From Dictyostelium discoideum (Eukaryota), in contig CM000153.2 in the NCBI GenBank assembly GCA_000004695.1, positions 3,648,001-3,712,000 of the forward strand: DNA of 64,000 nucleotides, in the 5' to 3' direction. The notes under the pieces are model-generated. The model was given only the letters and a program-made list of their open reading frames with translations. It searched no databases and was not told the origin of the DNA. The translations under genes were made by a program, and so were the position numbers. Positions 62,566-64,000 of the stretch are shown in pieces (the stretch's first letter is position 1; every line of letters begins with the position of its first letter).

Positions 62566-64000
62566 ACGAATTAATCAACTATTGTAATGATAAAAGAATT
62601 AACGGAATAATTACACTATATGATTTCGAAAAAGCTTTTGACTCGATCTCACACGGTTCAATACTTAGATCACTACAACACATCAACATTCCAACCAATA
62701 TAATCAACCTGATAATGAATCTACTCACCAAATCTGAAGCAAGAATTGAAATTAATGGTAGAACTACTATACCCTTTGAGATCAAAAGAGGAGTTAAACA
62801 AGGAGATCCACTATCACCCACACTGTTCGTCCTTGTAATAGAGGCTTTAGCTAGAAAAATTTTACAAGATGATCGAATTACTGGCCTTCCTCTAAACAAC
62901 AGCAACCACAGAGAGAAATTCCAAAGCTTTGCAGACGACTCGGCTTCAATGGTCCCAGACTCTCAACAACTTGAATTAGTACTACAACACTTCAATTCAT
63001 TTTGCAAAGCCACTTCCTCAAAACTTAACATCGACAAATCTTCATCAATTCTTATAGGCAACCCAGACAATACCAACCAAAGAATTCCAATATCTACAAA
63101 TCCAGAAAGATACTTGGGATACTTCTTCACAGGTAAAGGGATAACAAGAAAAATGCCAGAAATATTAAACACAATAAGATCATCCTTAGTACTATGGAAA
63201 ACCACTGACTCAACAATAAAAACCAAAACCAACATCCTCAAAGCATTCGCACTNNNNNNNNNNNNNNNNNNNNNNNNNNNNNNNNNNNNNNNNNNNNNNN
63301 NNNNNNNNNNNNNNNNNNNNNNNNNNNNNNNNNNNNNNNNNNNNNNNNNNNNNCAAAGAAGATATGAGCAAAGACCCATACTTCTCATGCAAGAAAACAA
63401 AACAATTCATAAAAATAAATAAACTCAAAAATTTCATCTATATTACCACAGGCAAAGGTAAAAACTGGCACCATACAAGAATTAGGCAAAATAACAATTT
63501 CATTAATAGAATAACTCCAAAATTATCACCGACAGCCAAAAAAGATCAAGAAGTGAATGCAGATTACGCCAACCACAGATTCCACAAAGAATACTTTGAA
63601 TGGAACTATAAAGCAATAGACTATGATCTAACCAGATCATTCGCATATAGAAACCTAATGGCCCTTATCCTCCACAACATTTGGATTTGGATTTGCAATC
63701 AAATATACAGTGAAGATCCTTTAACAAATGAATCACTACCATACAGCTCCCTTCTAAAGAAATGGCACAAATTGGCCACTCTAGAATACATCAAAAAAGC
63801 AAAAGATCTGAAAAACTTATCAGCAAAAGACCATAATAATTTCAAAGATCCTAAGATCCTTCTCACCTCAACGACCAAGCTAAGAAAAACAACAGCTAAT
63901 TACTATTGTATTCCAGAATCATCTCTCCCAAATATTATATCTTTTGATCAATTCATATGATTAAAATAACCCTTCAGCTTAAATGATAAGCCTATAAATA
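62566..64000 (+). mobile_element. 5'-truncated TRE3-type retrotransposon copy (the 3' part of ORF2 onward), inserted about 108 bp downstream of the second tRNA in the same orientation. It runs off the window end and contains a 100-N gap at 63254..63353.
   Basis: 62566-64000 is at least 97% identical to 13040-15030 of the first element. Homology starts abruptly at AATTAATCAACTATTG. The 100-N gap replaces about 650 bp. A 12-bp deletion (ggtcacctgttc) lies relative to copy 1 near 63380. The poly(A) end is not in the window. Confidence 0.8.
62567..63960 (+). CDS. TRE3 ORF2 3' portion (the RT C-terminal and Cys-rich domain), gapped and partial
   Basis: ORF-track pieces 62715..63422 and 63364..63960 are collinear with 13191..14987. 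Confidence 0.6.

Overview
This window is eukaryotic nuclear DNA, almost certainly Dictyostelium discoideum. It is about 75-80% AT, with GTAAGT/GTATGT...AG spliceosomal introns, poly-Gln/poly-Asn coding tracts and (AAT)n microsatellites. It also carries a DdCAD-1 (cadA) gene, FNIP-repeat genes and tRNA-gene-targeted non-LTR retrotransposons. No prokaryotic defence island or operon architecture is present, so that expectation is rejected. The window holds about 25 protein-coding genes, most with 1-4 short introns. They include two inverted paralogous Ca-dependent adhesion genes (cadA and a cad2/3-like copy), a giant cbEGF-repeat receptor-like gene, and orthologs of BRWD/PHIP, NAA30, CCDC22, GlcNAc-1-phosphotransferase alpha/beta, SRP68, carboxypeptidase Q and RPF1. 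It also includes a TTC9-like TPR protein and two bacterial-type domain genes (DUF1294, and an ElaA-like GNAT N-acetyltransferase (NAT)). There are two intron-containing tRNA genes, and each has a TRE3-type retrotransposon inserted about 100 bp downstream in the same orientation. One copy is near full length with a 10-bp target-site duplication (TSD); the other is 5'-truncated. Upstream of the first tRNA lies a tandem array of three related GC-rich repeat modules, probably TRE5- or DGLT-A-derived. Two decayed copies of the first exon of the EGF-repeat gene are present. One is interrupted by an 18-nt TRE tail plus poly(A) micro-insertion with its own 9-bp TSD. Two 100-N scaffold gaps lie inside the retrotransposon copies, and the first is flanked by a 300-bp duplication that looks like an assembly artefact. 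Splice-site coordinates were derived by hand from the sequence and may be off by 1-2 nt. At one intronic site (about 31680) the displayed sequence and the supplied ORF track disagree by one base.
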